Part shown: positions 1-5,933 of the stretch, one piece after another | Numbering within the stretch: the stretch's first letter is position 1 | How the letters are laid out: each line of letters begins with the position of its first letter | IMG/VR virus record: IMGVR_UViG_2548876959_000005 | Location: 1 to 7,862 of that record | DNA: 7,862 nucleotides | Origin: a virus | Taxonomy: Duplodnaviria; Heunggongvirae; Uroviricota; Caudoviricetes | Reading direction: 5' to 3' (one strand) | Made by a program: the position numbers and the translations under genes | The notes under the pieces: model-generated | Database searches by the model: none | Seen by the model: only the letters and a program-made list of their open reading frames with translations | What the model was told of the DNA's origin: nothing

Positions 1-65
1 TTAGTTACGAGCGACATTGCTCCGTGTATTCACTCGTTGGAATGAATACACAGTGCTTACTCGTA

Positions 66-536
66 CTAATAAAATACCCAATTTTCTGTTTCTTGGTTGT
101 GCCCAAAGTTATATTCAATATCTGGTGTTGATGTATCAATATTCTTCATCCCATCAACAAGAGTTGATACAACAGCCAAATCTTGTTTGATTCTCATTAA
201 ATGGTATTTCTTCCGGCGCAATAAACTCTCAATGGCAAGTTTCTTCGTTGGGAATGCAAAAGATCTTTCTGCATTTTTTGCTACTTTCTTAATTGCATAT
301 CTATTTCTCCTTTGTTTCCATTCCTGTAACCACTGATTTGGTGCTGGTTTAAAATTAACAATCCAATGCGCAGGAACCAACCATGCATAATGCTCTGTCT
401 GATGAAAAGCTATATATTGAAGTGCGAATATTTTTATCCCATCTTCTTCAACTGTCGCCTGGAATCTCCAGAAAACAGGCATTCCATCATGTTCAGTTTC
501 TGATTCAGGAAAAGGTACGCTCCATGATTTTGTCAT
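66..536 (-). CDS. Hypothetical 156-aa protein, second gene of the pL operon, immediately downstream of N
   Basis: Intact ORF on the minus strand. Its ATG (534-536) lies 8 nt after the N stop codon (545-547), and a GAGGTG ribosome-binding site overlaps that stop, so it is tightly coupled to N. No family recognised from the sequence; Trp/His-rich, soluble-looking. Confidence 0.6.
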   Translation of the reverse strand: MTKSWSVPFPESETEHDGMPVFWRFQATVEEDGIKIFALQYIAFHQTEHYAWLVPAHWIVNFKPAPNQWLQEWKQRRNRYAIKKVAKNAERSFAFPTKKLAIESLLRRKKYHLMRIKQDLAVVSTLVDGMKNIDTSTPDIEYNFGHNQETENWVFY

Positions 537-544
537 ATCTCACC

Positions 545-844
545 TCAAATAAGTGGTTTGCTGCCTAATTTCATTTTCTGGCGACCAACACAAGTCACAC
601 CCATTTCACTGCGTGGCTTGCGGTAGTAAATACGGTTCTGTTTACGCTCGACTTCTTCTGCCTTCTTGCAGCGAAGGCTTCCGAGTGATGCTGCTTTATC
701 TGCTCTGACGCAACCAGAGAGCTTTAGCGCAATTATTCGCGCCAGTCGCTGCTCTTGCATTGCCTGTTCACGTTGAGCCTGTCTGCGTGCTCTGCGGCGA
801 TTTCTGGCGTTATCGTCAGCCAGATATGTAATGACTACTGTCAT
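545..844 (-). CDS. N: Antitermination protein N (lambda/phi21 N family)
   Basis: 99-aa ORF with an N-terminal arginine-rich motif (NARNRRRARRQAQREQ) and a C-terminal segment (RIYYRKPRSEMGVTCVGRQKMKLGSKPLI) that matches the conserved C-terminus of lambdoid N proteins as I recall them. GGAGG ribosome-binding site 5-6 nt upstream of the ATG; sits downstream of pL/nutL. Confidence 0.85.
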   Translation of the reverse strand: MTVVITYLADDNARNRRRARRQAQREQAMQEQRLARIIALKLSGCVRADKAASLGSLRCKKAEEVERKQNRIYYRKPRSEMGVTCVGRQKMKLGSKPLI

Positions 845-951
845 GTTGACCTCCGATGATTGACTTTGGCGGTGACGCGCCGGGTGCTTATCTTCCGGTT
901 GCCGTCGTGCAGCTGCACTTCACGTCACCCCAAAGCCAACTACTCTTTGGT

Positions 952-993
952 TCCCGCATTTCGGCGGGACAATCCCATCAATGTTAAAGAGCC
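952..993 (-). promoter_or_regulatory. nutL: nutL: boxA-like element plus boxB hairpin (N utilisation site)
   Basis: Read on the minus strand: GCTCTTTAACA (boxA-like, plus coordinates 982-992), a 12-nt spacer, then TCCCGCCGAAATGCGGGA (plus 952-969; 6-bp stem, 6-nt loop). The hairpin is identical to the nutR boxB at 2650-2667. Located between pL and the N start, as in lambda. Confidence 0.65.
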
Positions 994-1038
994 TGCCAAT
1001 CTGTTCCGTTTGGCTACCAGCGTCCTGCTGATGGCTAA

Positions 1039-1125
1039 AGAATACTGTAGGTATTTTATTGTGTAAATACCCAAGGTATTTATTTTTGATGAAATAATGA
1101 TAAACAAATGAATACAAAGGATATT
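1039..1125 (-). promoter_or_regulatory. pL promoter with three OL operator-like palindromes
   Basis: Three AATAC-N5-(G/A)TATT sites at 1041-1055, 1066-1080 and 1111-1125. On the minus strand, -35 TTTACA (1062-1067) and -10 TATTCT (1039-1044) with a 17-bp spacer, overlapping sites 1 and 2. Orientation is toward N. Confidence 0.55.
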
Positions 1126-1211
1126 TATTTTTTCGGTATCTGCTTGTTCAGTGCTTTTTATGCGGGATATGTGAAGTGGATCCCGATAGCTATTGCTGCC
1201 GGGATTATGGG

Positions 1212-1580
1212 TTAGTCAGCGAAGGTTAAGACGAGAATTACCTTAATGATGTCTGCTACAACAGACACGGCCATAGATAAACCAAAGACGATCCAAGCCA
1301 TAGAGATGTCTTCACTACCATCGTATAGAGTTCCGTAATCACTGGTGTAAGGCGTAAATGTCGCGCCTTGATACAACAGGTATAAGCTTGATCCATAGAG
1401 GATAAATGCAGATATCCCTTGTATTGCTATGACCACTAGAATCATGAAACGAGCTGATCTATGCGCCCAAGCCTGGCTTATTTTTTCTGATAGAGATTTC
1501 GCAATAAAAGCATGCGCTAAGCCGTAAATTGTTGAGATTGCCAACATCCCAAAAAAGCTTGCTATAGCGGTTCCAACCAT
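1212..1580 (-). CDS. Small integral membrane protein (about 3 predicted transmembrane segments) co-transcribed downstream of cI; candidate exclusion or abortive-infection protein
   Basis: 122-aa ORF with three long hydrophobic stretches. GGGGGA ribosome-binding site 6 nt upstream of its ATG. Starts 19 nt after the cI stop, on the same strand, in the position lambda uses for rexA/rexB. Confidence 0.6.
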   Translation of the reverse strand: MVGTAIASFFGMLAISTIYGLAHAFIAKSLSEKISQAWAHRSARFMILVVIAIQGISAFILYGSSLYLLYQGATFTPYTSDYGTLYDGSEDISMAWIVFGLSMAVSVVADIIKVILVLTFAD

Positions 1581-1599
1581 AAGCGTCCCCCTTGCGTGA

Positions 1600-2316
1600 T
1601 CAAACCAGCCTTAGTTTTGTCTCAATTGCAACGCCTATAATCTTGCAGTTTCCATTGATTGGCACGAGAGGCCATGCAGGGTTAAGTCCCTTGAGGTATT
1701 TATTTCCGCCGTCGATTATCAGCTTCTTGAATGTTGCTTCGTTAGAGTCAGAAAGTTTTGCTATGACCAGGCTGCCGTTGATCGCCTCCCTTCCGGTATC
1801 GAAAAGAACGAATGTTCCCTCTGGAATGCTTAACCCAACCGGTGCCGTCATTGAATCACCTTCCACTTTAAGCCAGAACGCATTGCCTTGAATATGCGCG
1901 TCAGACTCAAGCCAAACATCTATGTCTTTAATGGTGTATGGTTCGCATGCTTCACACCACGAGCCAGCCTGGATACTGCTTAACACCGGATACCTCTTTC
2001 CTGCTCTGTATTCCCCTGCATACCTTACGTTGGCATCGCTCTTAAGGCTTTCTGCCTGTTCTGCAACCTTGGCAGCAATTGACTGGCTAAAATCAGCAAT
2101 TGAGACTTGCAACAAACGTGCAAAACCAGATGCGACCTCAACGTTTAGCGCGTTTCTGCCATTAAGATAATGCCCTACCGCTCCTTGGGTGATACCCAGT
2201 TCATCAGCGATTGAGTATTGGGTTATTCCCAATTCTTTCTTTTTTGACTCATACAAAGCCTTAAGCCGCTTAGCGTCTTCGAGCTGTTCTGTCGTCAGTG
2301 ATTTTTTATTTTCCAT
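1600..2316 (-). CDS. cI: cI-type phage repressor (N-terminal HTH, C-terminal LexA-like S24 autopeptidase domain)
   Basis: 238-aa ORF. N-terminus (LTTEQLEDAKRLKALYESKKKELGITQ) resembles lambda cI. Has the Ala-Gly cleavage site (SIQAGSW), the catalytic-serine motif EGDSMTAP and the lysine motif FKKLI. Divergent from cro across an operator region. Confidence 0.9.
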   Translation of the reverse strand: MENKKSLTTEQLEDAKRLKALYESKKKELGITQYSIADELGITQGAVGHYLNGRNALNVEVASGFARLLQVSIADFSQSIAAKVAEQAESLKSDANVRYAGEYRAGKRYPVLSSIQAGSWCEACEPYTIKDIDVWLESDAHIQGNAFWLKVEGDSMTAPVGLSIPEGTFVLFDTGREAINGSLVIAKLSDSNEATFKKLIIDGGNKYLKGLNPAWPLVPINGNCKIIGVAIETKLRLV

Positions 2317-2351
2317 AGCTTAATTCTAATAGCTAAGGTACTTAAACTAAA

Positions 2352-2393
2352 AATACCCTGAGTATTGATTGCTTTGAATACCTGTAGTATTCT
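2352..2393 (+). promoter_or_regulatory. OR operator sites with pR promoter
   Basis: Palindromes AATACCCTGAGTATT (2352-2366) and GAATACCTGTAGTATTC (2376-2392), same consensus as the OL sites. pR -35 TTGATT (2365-2370) and -10 TATTCT (2388-2393) with a 17-bp spacer. GGAGAG ribosome-binding site at 2412-2417 precedes cro. Confidence 0.6.
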
Positions 2394-2422
2394 TTGTTCA
2401 TGGTTAATAACGGAGAGTGCAT

Positions 2423-2617
2423 ATGATTCGAATGACACTTGCCGATTACGCCAAAATCCATGGACAGGCTAAAGCAGCCAGTGACTTTGGTGTAATCCAG
2501 TGCGCTATCAGCAAGGCCATTCTGGCAGGCCGTAACATTATGGTTACGGTAAAGCCTGATGGCAGTGTGATTGGAGAGGAAGTTCGTCCTTTCCCAAGCA
2601 ACAAGAAAAACAAATAG
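2423..2617 (+). CDS. cro: Cro repressor
   Basis: Small ORF divergent from cI. Sequence ([39 protein letters not shown]...PFPSNKK) is clearly related to lambda Cro. ATG at 2423 chosen for its 6-nt spacing from the ribosome-binding site; the GTG at 2417 in the ORF track is an alternative. Confidence 0.85.
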   Translation: MIRMTLADYAKIHGQAKAASDFGVIQCAISKAILAGRNIMVTVKPDGSVIGEEVRPFPSNKKNK

Positions 2618-2623
2618 TAACAC

Positions 2624-2667
2624 CGCTCTTTAACAGTCATGGTCCTCATTCCCGCCGAAATGCGGGA
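2624..2667 (+). promoter_or_regulatory. nutR: nutR: boxA plus boxB hairpin
   Basis: CGCTCTTTAACA (2624-2635) closely matches the boxA consensus. After a 14-nt spacer comes TCCCGCCGAAATGCGGGA (2650-2667), a 6-bp stem with a 6-nt loop. Lies between cro and cII, as in lambda. Confidence 0.7.
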
Positions 2668-2674
2668 ATACAAC

Positions 2675-2700
2675 GCGCATAAGTTGATGCGCATAACTTC
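2675..2700 (+). terminator. Possible tR1-like hairpin or pause site downstream of nutR
   Basis: GCGCAT (2675-2680) pairs with ATGCGC (2687-2692) around a 6-nt loop, followed by a moderately T-rich stretch (ATAACTTCTTATTTGTT). Position matches lambda tR1; not a strong intrinsic terminator. Confidence 0.3.
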
Positions 2701-2725
2701 TTATTTGTTAAGGAAATACTTACAT

Positions 2726-3019
2726 ATGGTTCGTGCAAACAAACGCAACGAGGCTCTAAGAATCGAGAGTGCGTTGCTTAACAAAATCGCAATGCTTGGA
2801 ACTGAGAAGACAGCGGAAGCTGTGGGAGTTGATAAGTCGCAGATCAGCAGGTGGAAGAGGGACTGGATTCCAAAGTTCTCAATGCTGCTTGCTGTTCTTG
2901 AATGGGGTGTCGTCGACGACGACATGGCTCGATTGGCACGACAAGTTGCTTCGATTCTCACCAATAAAAAACGCCCGGCGGCAACCGAGCGTTCTGAACA
3001 AATCCAGATGGAATTTTAA
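2726..3019 (+). CDS. cII: Transcriptional activator cII
   Basis: 97-aa ORF (MVRANKRNEALRIESALLNK...ERSEQIQMEF) that I recall as nearly identical to lambda cII. AAGGA ribosome-binding site upstream. The track ORF beginning at 2639 is a spurious 5' extension that runs through nutR. Confidence 0.9.
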   Translation: MVRANKRNEALRIESALLNKIAMLGTEKTAEAVGVDKSQISRWKRDWIPKFSMLLAVLEWGVVDDDMARLARQVASILTNKKRPAATERSEQIQMEF

Positions 3020-3041
3020 TAACATCCAACGAGGTAATTAT

Positions 3042-3314
3042 ATGCGAAACAAAGGCTTTAATCCACCTGATACACACAAAGAAGCCAAGCGTTTGCGCTT
3101 CCTTCGTTCCATTGATGAAAGAACTCAAATCTCTTTTGTGAAAGTTGCCAGAACTGAGCTTCTGAAGGCTGAGGCGAGGGCGTTGCTCCCGTCTCTACCA
3201 AAAGAGGAGGGATATACGTTCATTCCAAACGCATTTCTGGAAAAGCTGCTCAAAGAAGACATATCCGTAAGTCAGTTTAACGATGTTCTTAAGGTCTTTC
3301 GTCAAGGCAGGTAG
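3042..3314 (+). CDS. Hypothetical 90-aa protein inserted between cII and O
   Basis: ORF with a GAGGT ribosome-binding site 7 nt before the ATG at 3042; its stop is 2 nt before the O start. Basic and helical-looking (MRNKGFNPPDTHKEAKRLRFLRSIDERTQ...). The track ORF from 2769 is an out-of-frame overlap with cII; the real start is probably 3042. Confidence 0.55.
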   Translation: MRNKGFNPPDTHKEAKRLRFLRSIDERTQISFVKVARTELLKAEARALLPSLPKEEGYTFIPNAFLEKLLKEDISVSQFNDVLKVFRQGR

Positions 3315-3316
3315 TT

Positions 3317-4264
3317 ATGAGCAATACAGCAAAAATCTACGATTTCAGCGCCGCACACGAGCGCAGGAGCAACAGGATGGAGAACCAGAAAACTGGTTAC
3401 ATTCCGTTGTACCGGAGCATTCTGAAACAGTCATGGGCGAAAGATGTTTATCTTCGCACCCTGTGGGAAAACCTTCTCCTGAATGCCGCCAGAAAGCCAT
3501 ACAAAGCGAATTTCAAAGGTCATGAATGGCATCTGCAACCCGGTCAACTGGTTGTGACAGCAGCTGATTTAGGTCTTCAGTTATGCGACAGACATGGCAA
3601 GCCAGCAAGCCGTGATCAGGTTGAGCGGATGCTTCAGGTTTTTGTGAAAGAGGGGATGATCTCCATTGATGGAGAGAAGCAAAAAGGTCGTGTGATAACC
3701 ATCACAAATTACCATGAATATGCTCAAAAAATGGACAATTTACCCGCACATGAAGCCGCACAAACAACCGCACATGATGCCGCACATGGCGAAGCCAGTA
3801 ATGGCGCGGCTTTCAGCGCACATGCCGCACATGAAAGCGCACATGAAGCCGCACAAACAACCGCACATCATGAACAAGAAGGTATTAACAAGAATATAAA
3901 TAATACCCCCCTACCCCCCAATGGGGGAGGCGATGGGCAGGTTAAACCTGAACGTCGCAAGGCAGAACGAATCGACTACGAATCCTTCCTGAACGCCTAC
4001 AACACCGAAGTCGGTGACAGACTGCCACACGCTGTTGCGGTCAACGAGAAACGCAAACGCCGCCTGAAGAAAATCATCCCGCAACTGAAAACGCCAAACG
4101 TGGACGGTTTCAGAGCGTATGTCAGGGCGTTTGTGCATCAGGCCAAGCCGTTTTACTTCGGAGACAACGACACGGGCTGGACAGCTGATTTTGATTACCT
4201 GCTGAGGGAAGATTCGTTAACTGGAGTACGGGAAGGGAAGTTTGCAGACAGGGGGATTGCATGA
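3317..4264 (+). CDS. O: Replication initiator protein, O-like (origin-binding N-terminal domain, repeat linker, C-terminal domain)
   Basis: 315-aa ORF starting MSNTAKI, like lambda O. Internal repeat-encoded linker ([10 protein letters not shown]...) contains the iterons. C-terminal motif [10 protein letters not shown]. Its stop overlaps the helicase start (ATGA at 4261-4264). Confidence 0.8.
   Translation: MSNTAKIYDFSAAHERRSNRMENQKTGYIPLYRSILKQSWAKDVYLRTLWENLLLNAARKPYKANFKGHEWHLQPGQLVVTAADLGLQLCDRHGKPASRDQVERMLQVFVKEGMISIDGEKQKGRVITITNYHEYAQKMDNLPAHEAAQTTAHDAAHGEASNGAAFSAHAAHESAHEAAQTTAHHEQEGINKNINNTPLPPNGGGDGQVKPERRKAERIDYESFLNAYNTEVGDRLPHAVAVNEKRKRRLKKIIPQLKTPNVDGFRAYVRAFVHQAKPFYFGDNDTGWTADFDYLLREDSLTGVREGKFADRGIA
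3744..3905 (+). repeat. Putative replication origin inside the O gene: about 9 iteron copies followed by an AT-rich segment
   Basis: Tandem units of roughly 12 bp (CCGCACATGAAG / CCGCACAAACAA / CCGCACATGATG / CCGCACATGGCG) at 3744-3791, then five more at 3817-3872. Includes a 31-bp direct repeat (3745-3775 and 3839-3869). Followed by AT-rich AACAAGAAGGTATTAACAAGAATATAAATAATA (3873-3905) and then a C-run/G-run element. Confidence 0.65.
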
Positions 4265-5637
4265 GACAGGATATCGAAGCGAGCGTTATCGGTGGCCTGC
4301 TGATTGGTGGATTAACACCAACTGCCAGTGACGTTCTGGCAACGCTTGAGCCGGAAGCGTTTTCAATTCCGCTCTACCGGAAAGCCTTCGAGGTTATCCG
4401 CAAGCAGGCGCGAAACAGAAAACTAATCGACGCGATGATGGTTGCCGAGGCGTGCGGAGAGGAGCATTTCACGTCAATCCTGATGACCAGCAAAAACTGC
4501 CCGAGCGCCGCAAACCTGAAGGGATATGCCGGAATGGTCGCGGATAACTATCACCGCCGTCTGGTGCTGGAAATCATGGATGAAATGCGTGAACCAATTC
4601 AGAGCGGAACCATCGACGCATCGAGTCAGGCGATGGATGAGCTTGTAAAGCGTCTTTCAGCCATCAGAAAGCCCCGTGACGAGGTTAAACCGGTACGGTT
4701 AGGGGAAATCATTACTGACTACACTGACACGCTTGACAGGCGTCTGAGGAACGGAGAAGAGTCAGATACCCTGAAGACCGGAATCGAAGAACTTGATGCC
4801 ATCACCGGAGGGATGAACGCGGAAGACCTGGTGATAATCGCTGCTCGTCCTGGTATGGGGAAAACAGAACTGGCGCTGAAGATTGCCGAAGGCGTTGCAA
4901 GCCGCGTTATTCCTGGTTCTGACGTCCGGCGCGGAGTATTGATTTTCTCAATGGAAATGAGCGCATTGCAGATTGCAGAGCGAAGTATTGCCAACGCCGG
5001 GAGGATGTCGGTTAGCGTGCTGCGAAATCCTGCATCGATGGATGACGAAGGCTGGGCGCGTGTTGCTAACGGCATGAGTCAGCTTGCAGATTTGGATGTA
5101 TGGGTAGTCGATGCCTCGCGGTTATCGGTCGAAGAAATACGCTCAATCGCAGAACGGCATAAACAGGAAAATCCAAACCTGTCACTCATCATGGCGGATT
5201 ATCTTGGCCTGATTGAGAAGCCGAAAGCAGATCGCAACGACCTCGCAATTGCTCACATCTCCAGAAGCCTGAAGGCGATGGCGAAAGACCTGAAAACGCC
5301 AGTTATCTCCCTAAGTCAGCTTTCGCGCGATGTTGAGAAGCGACCAAATAAACGACCGACAAACGCAGATTTGCGTGATTCAGGAAGCATTGAACAGGAC
5401 GCAGACTCAATCATCATGCTCTATCGGGAAGCGGTATATGACGAGAACAGTAGCGCCGCGCCATTTGCTGAAATCATCGTGACGAAAAACCGTTTTGGCT
5501 CGCTTGGTACGGTTTACCAGCGGTTCTGTAACGGACACTTTGTGGCATGTGACCAGGATGAAGCCAGACAGATTTGCACAGCATCAAATGCACCTGCTGC
5601 GCGTGGCAGACGATATGCACAAGGGGCTGACGTATGA
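4261..5637 (+). CDS. Replicative DNA helicase, DnaB family (phage-encoded)
   Basis: 458-aa ORF with a Walker A motif (AARPGMGKT), a Walker B-like region (LIMADYLGL) and an [10 protein letters not shown] arginine-finger-type motif typical of DnaB-family helicases. Start overlaps the O stop. Confidence 0.9.
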   Translation: MRQDIEASVIGGLLIGGLTPTASDVLATLEPEAFSIPLYRKAFEVIRKQARNRKLIDAMMVAEACGEEHFTSILMTSKNCPSAANLKGYAGMVADNYHRRLVLEIMDEMREPIQSGTIDASSQAMDELVKRLSAIRKPRDEVKPVRLGEIITDYTDTLDRRLRNGEESDTLKTGIEELDAITGGMNAEDLVIIAARPGMGKTELALKIAEGVASRVIPGSDVRRGVLIFSMEMSALQIAERSIANAGRMSVSVLRNPASMDDEGWARVANGMSQLADLDVWVVDASRLSVEEIRSIAERHKQENPNLSLIMADYLGLIEKPKADRNDLAIAHISRSLKAMAKDLKTPVISLSQLSRDVEKRPNKRPTNADLRDSGSIEQDADSIIMLYREAVYDENSSAAPFAEIIVTKNRFGSLGTVYQRFCNGHFVACDQDEARQICTASNAPAARGRRYAQGADV

Positions 5638-5662
5638 CCATCTACATCACTGAGCTTGTAAC

Positions 5663-5694
5663 AGGCCTGCTGGTAATCGCAGGCCTTTTTATTT
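5663..5694 (+). terminator. Rho-independent terminator (tR2-like) after the replication genes
   Basis: Perfect 8-bp GC-rich stem AGGCCTGC (5663-5670) / GCAGGCCT (5679-5686) with an 8-nt loop, followed by TTTTTATTT. Confidence 0.65.
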
Positions 5695-5709
5695 GGGGGA
5701 GAGTAAATC

Positions 5710-5916
5710 GTGGTTGAGTTGATTTTTTCTGCATTGAGGATTCTCGGTGCCATGTGGATGGTGGCGACGTTCATTGTGGTTGCCAGCAGTTTTGTCCGGT
5801 TGGTAGGCGAAGGTAAAGACCTGGCGGGTGTGATTTTCGGTAGCATTCTCCTGTGGGTGATTATCGGTGTTGCGCCTGTCGCTGTAGCAAAAATGGCGTG
5901 GCGTTTTGTGAGTTGA
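5710..5916 (+). CDS. Small hydrophobic membrane protein (68 aa, about 2 transmembrane segments)
   Basis: ORF from a GTG start with a GGGAGAG ribosome-binding site 7 nt upstream; two long hydrophobic stretches. Lies just after the tR2-like terminator in the lambda ren position. Could also start at an internal ATG. Confidence 0.45.
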   Translation: MVELIFSALRILGAMWMVATFIVVASSFVRLVGEGKDLAGVIFGSILLWVIIGVAPVAVAKMAWRFVS

Positions 5917-5933
5917 ACTGAGGGTAAGTATCG

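Noticed and set aside
97-568. Plus-strand track ORFs 97-336 and 383-568
   Set aside because: They lie antisense to the better-supported minus-strand gene at 66-536, which is coupled to N; no ribosome-binding site or operon logic supports them.
860-1117. Track ORFs 860-1066 (+) and 920-1117 (-)
   Set aside because: They span the nutL and pL/OL regulatory region; more likely chance frames over non-coding DNA.
1180-1205. Inverted repeat ATCCCG...CGGGAT between the membrane-protein gene and OL
   Set aside because: The 6-bp arms are separated by a 14-nt loop and no U-run follows on either strand; weak as a terminator and not distinguishable from chance.
1592-2170. Plus-strand track ORFs 1592-1891 and 1922-2170
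   Set aside because: Antisense to the well-supported cI gene, whose product has clear repressor and S24 peptidase motifs.
2639-2725. N-terminal extension of the cII ORF from ATG 2639
   Set aside because: The extension would read through the nutR boxA and boxB; the ATG at 2726 has a ribosome-binding site and gives a product matching cII length and sequence.
2342-2964. Minus-strand track ORFs 2342-2623, 2446-2694 and 2701-2964
   Set aside because: Antisense to cro, nutR and cII and crossing the operator region; the plus-strand genes have recognisable family signatures.
2769-3041. Upstream part of the 181-aa track ORF overlapping cII out of frame
   Set aside because: Overlaps cII in another frame; an internal ATG at 3042 with a GAGGT ribosome-binding site after the cII stop is the plausible start.
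3283-3525. Track ORF 3283-3525 (+) overlapping the O start out of frame
   Set aside because: Overlaps the well-supported O gene and the 90-aa gene in another frame; no independent support.
3744-3872. Possibility that the short tandem repeats are a CRISPR array
   Set aside because: Units are about 12 bp, contiguous or nearly so, with no spacers of unique sequence, and lie in frame within the O gene; they fit origin iterons.
3714-3899. 61-aa track ORF with repetitive His/Pro/Lys/Met sequence
   Set aside because: Alternate-frame reading of the iteron repeats inside the O gene; a repeat artefact, not a gene.
3911-5075. Minus-strand track ORFs 3911-4138 and 4719-5075
   Set aside because: Antisense to the O and DnaB-type helicase genes, which carry clear motifs.
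5634-5717. 27-aa hydrophobic ORF starting at the helicase stop codon
   Set aside because: Its sequence is dominated by the tR2-like terminator hairpin read in frame; more likely a terminator than a peptide. Kept as a low-probability alternative in the findings.
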